A stretch of 64,000 bases of DNA from Saccostrea echinata. Taxonomy: Eukaryota. The stretch lies in NCBI RefSeq assembly GCF_033153115.1, contig NW_026889764.1, forward strand, positions 15,500,001-15,564,000. The letters are read 5' to 3'. The position numbers and the translations under genes were made by a program. Below, piece by piece: positions 61,875 to 64,000 of this stretch (the stretch's first letter is position 1; each line of letters opens with the position of its first letter). The notes below the pieces were generated by a model. The model ran no database searches, was not told the origin of the DNA, and was given only the letters and a program-made list of their open reading frames with translations.

Positions 61875-63788
61875 TTAGATGCGGGATAGCTGATGTAGGA
61901 GATTGGAGGGCAAGATGGCTTCTAACTTTTCCAGGACGTAGCTGATGGGCATGTACAACCAAGTGAGGACCTGTAAACAGCAAATAAAACAAAGTTACAT
62001 CAAAATGCACTGAATTTGTCTCGGACTTAAATTTTACTTGCTAAAATCACATTTATGCAGAAAGTTTGTTTTGTCATTAGTAGGACAGCAATGTACTAGT
62101 AATAAACAATGGGCATTTGGTTGTCTGCTAAAATTGGATTTCACTACAGAATAAATACCTCTGATTTTCACTATAAATATAAAAACAACTTTAAATAACC
62201 CCTCAATCCCTCGAGTTCACTTAAATTGACTATATACCTCTTAAACCAGATTTTCTGTAGAAGCTTCAGCAGATTTCATATATGTTCCATTTTTTTTTTA
62301 GCATATATTATTAAGATATCAGATTTATTAACACGAATAAAGCCTACATTTTTAGTTGAAAAGAATTCCATCTTAATATTATGATTAAGAATTTAATTTT
62401 TGGCCTCAGTGACAAGTTTAAATTGTCCTTTTGTCATTGTGACATCATATCACTAGGTGGTTGTGTTTTTTTAGACATATTGTGCAACAGCAAAGTTGAT
62501 TATCCGCAAAAAAGAGGCTTTGATGGTCATGCCTAAGTTTATTATATGTACGAACCATTTTACTAATAGCAATAATTCCCATAGGCTTATGCTTCTGGTA
62601 AGTTAATAATTATGCCTAAGTTTATTATACTAACTGATTTAGCAATAATGCCCTTTGGCTCATGGTAAGTTGATAATTATTCCTATAAGTTTTCTCTACT
62701 AACTGTTTTAGCAATAATTCTCACAGACTCATGGATCTTGTAAGTTAATAATTATGCTTTAGTTTTCTGTACTAACCGTTTTAGCAATAATTCCCATAGA
62801 CTCATGGTTCTGGTAAGTTAATAATTATGCCTTAGTTTTCTGTACTAACCGTTTTAGCAATAATTCCCATATGCTCATGGTTCTGGTAAGTTAATATTAT
62901 ACTAACCGTTTTAGCAATAATTCCCATAGGCTCTGGGTAATGGTAAGTTAATATTATACTAACCGTTTTAGCAATAATTCCCATAGGCTCTGGGTAATGG
63001 TAAGTTAATATCATACTAACCGTTTTAGCAATAATTCCCATAGGCTCTGGGTACTGGTAAGTTAATATTATACTAACCGTTTTAGCAATAATTCCCATAG
63101 GCTCTGGGTACTGGTGAGTTAATATTATACTTACCGTTTTAGCAATAATTCCCATAGGCTCTGGGTACTGGTAAGTTAATATTATACTTACCGTTTTAGC
63201 AATAATTCCCATAGGCTCTGGGTACTGGTAAGTTAATATTATACTTACCGTTTTAGCAATAATTCCCATAGGCTCTGGGTACTGGTAAGTTAATATTATA
63301 CTTACCGTTTTAGCAATAATTCCCATAGGCTCTGGGTACTGGTAAGTTAATATTATACTTACCGTTTTAGCAATAATTCCCATAGGCTCTGGGTACTGGT
63401 GAGTTAACAGAGCCAATAAAGCGGTAAAAGAACAGAGACCAGCTGTGAACAAAATAAAGAATGGTAACTCCTTCTTAGGGTACACTGAGACATCATGAAA
63501 AGCTGAAATGAAACAATATAAAATTAAAAAAAATATTTACATACATTCATTCATAATCCTAAATATATTGTCAAAACATACATGTACTTTACCCAAGAGT
63601 ATTGAAGCTTTACGTTTTAGCACCTTTACTTATAAGCATCTTTAAAAAATAATTGATGTATTAGAATGTGTTTATGCATTGTTAGTGTGACTTACTAGGG
63701 AGGAGTTCTCTGTCTGCATTCTCTGTACAGGTGGGGTAAGGGTAAAACAGGTGCCCCTTCTCCAGTGGATAGGGGATCATTCTGAAGG
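61875..63788 (-). CDS. ST7: Suppressor of tumorigenicity 7 homolog, last three coding exons (gene continues beyond the window)
   Basis: Exons 63788-63696 ([30 protein letters not shown]), 63502-63363 ([46 protein letters not shown]), 61970-61875 ([31 protein letters not shown]). Very close to the vertebrate ST7/ST7L C-terminus as recalled. Confidence 0.95.
62530..63408 (-). repeat. 57-bp minisatellite (10 in-frame copies plus about 4 degenerate ~70-73-bp copies) spanning the donor of the ST7 penultimate exon
   Basis: Unit ...CCTATGGGAATTATTGCTAAAACG|GTAAGTATAATATTAACTTACCAGTACCCAGAG; GT at 63362, 63305, 63248, 63191, 63134, 63077, 63020, 62963, 62906, 62849. Confidence 0.97.
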
Positions 63789-64000
63789 CTATGTAAAACA
63801 ATGAAAATCTTCATGTACACAAAGAATAACCTGGAGTTTAAACTGAAGGCTGCTTAAATTCATGTACAAAGCTTATAAGAATGTATAAGTAGTTTACATC
63901 TCAATTTCAACAGCAAAATTAAGTAAATTGAGCAAATTAGCATAATAATACATGCTTATCAATGTTAACATTTTGTATGACTCTTGTCATCAATCTCCTA

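Noticed and set aside
62832-63485. 217-aa repeat-protein ORF as a standalone gene
   Set aside because: It is the ST7 penultimate exon read through into the junction minisatellite; its start codon is an internal GTG.

Overview
AT-rich, intron-containing animal DNA, most likely an oyster (Ostreidae), inferred from Cg170-like/HINE satellite elements and oyster-type TRIM and FReD genes. Three assembly gaps are present. Manual spliced reconstruction gives, left to right: (1) a disrupted intronless B-box/coiled-coil/NHL TRIM-like gene (+); (2) a 6-exon PAN/apple + fibrinogen-related (FReD) gene (-) whose FBG domain appears to carry an in-frame internal deletion; (3) a complete 4-exon NDUFA12 (-), head-to-head with (4) a complete 12-exon ASZ1/GASZ (+), with only 209 bp between start codons; (5) a complete 5-exon Wnt2 (-); (6) the last three exons of ST7 (-). 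ST7-WNT2-ASZ1 matches the human 7q31 gene order, but with Wnt2 inverted. The most unusual signal is four unrelated minisatellite arrays that each copy an exon-intron junction, producing ladders of tandem splice sites: 10 in-frame donors in ST7; 11 donor copies and 3 acceptors around ASZ1 exon 3; about 6 donor copies at ASZ1 exon 5. The rest is dense in non-autonomous DNA transposons (Sola2-like, hAT, PIF/Harbinger-like, Helentron/HINE), tRNA-SINEs, Penelope-like fragments and satellites. Exon coordinates were counted by hand and gene names rest on remembered sequence motifs, not database searches.
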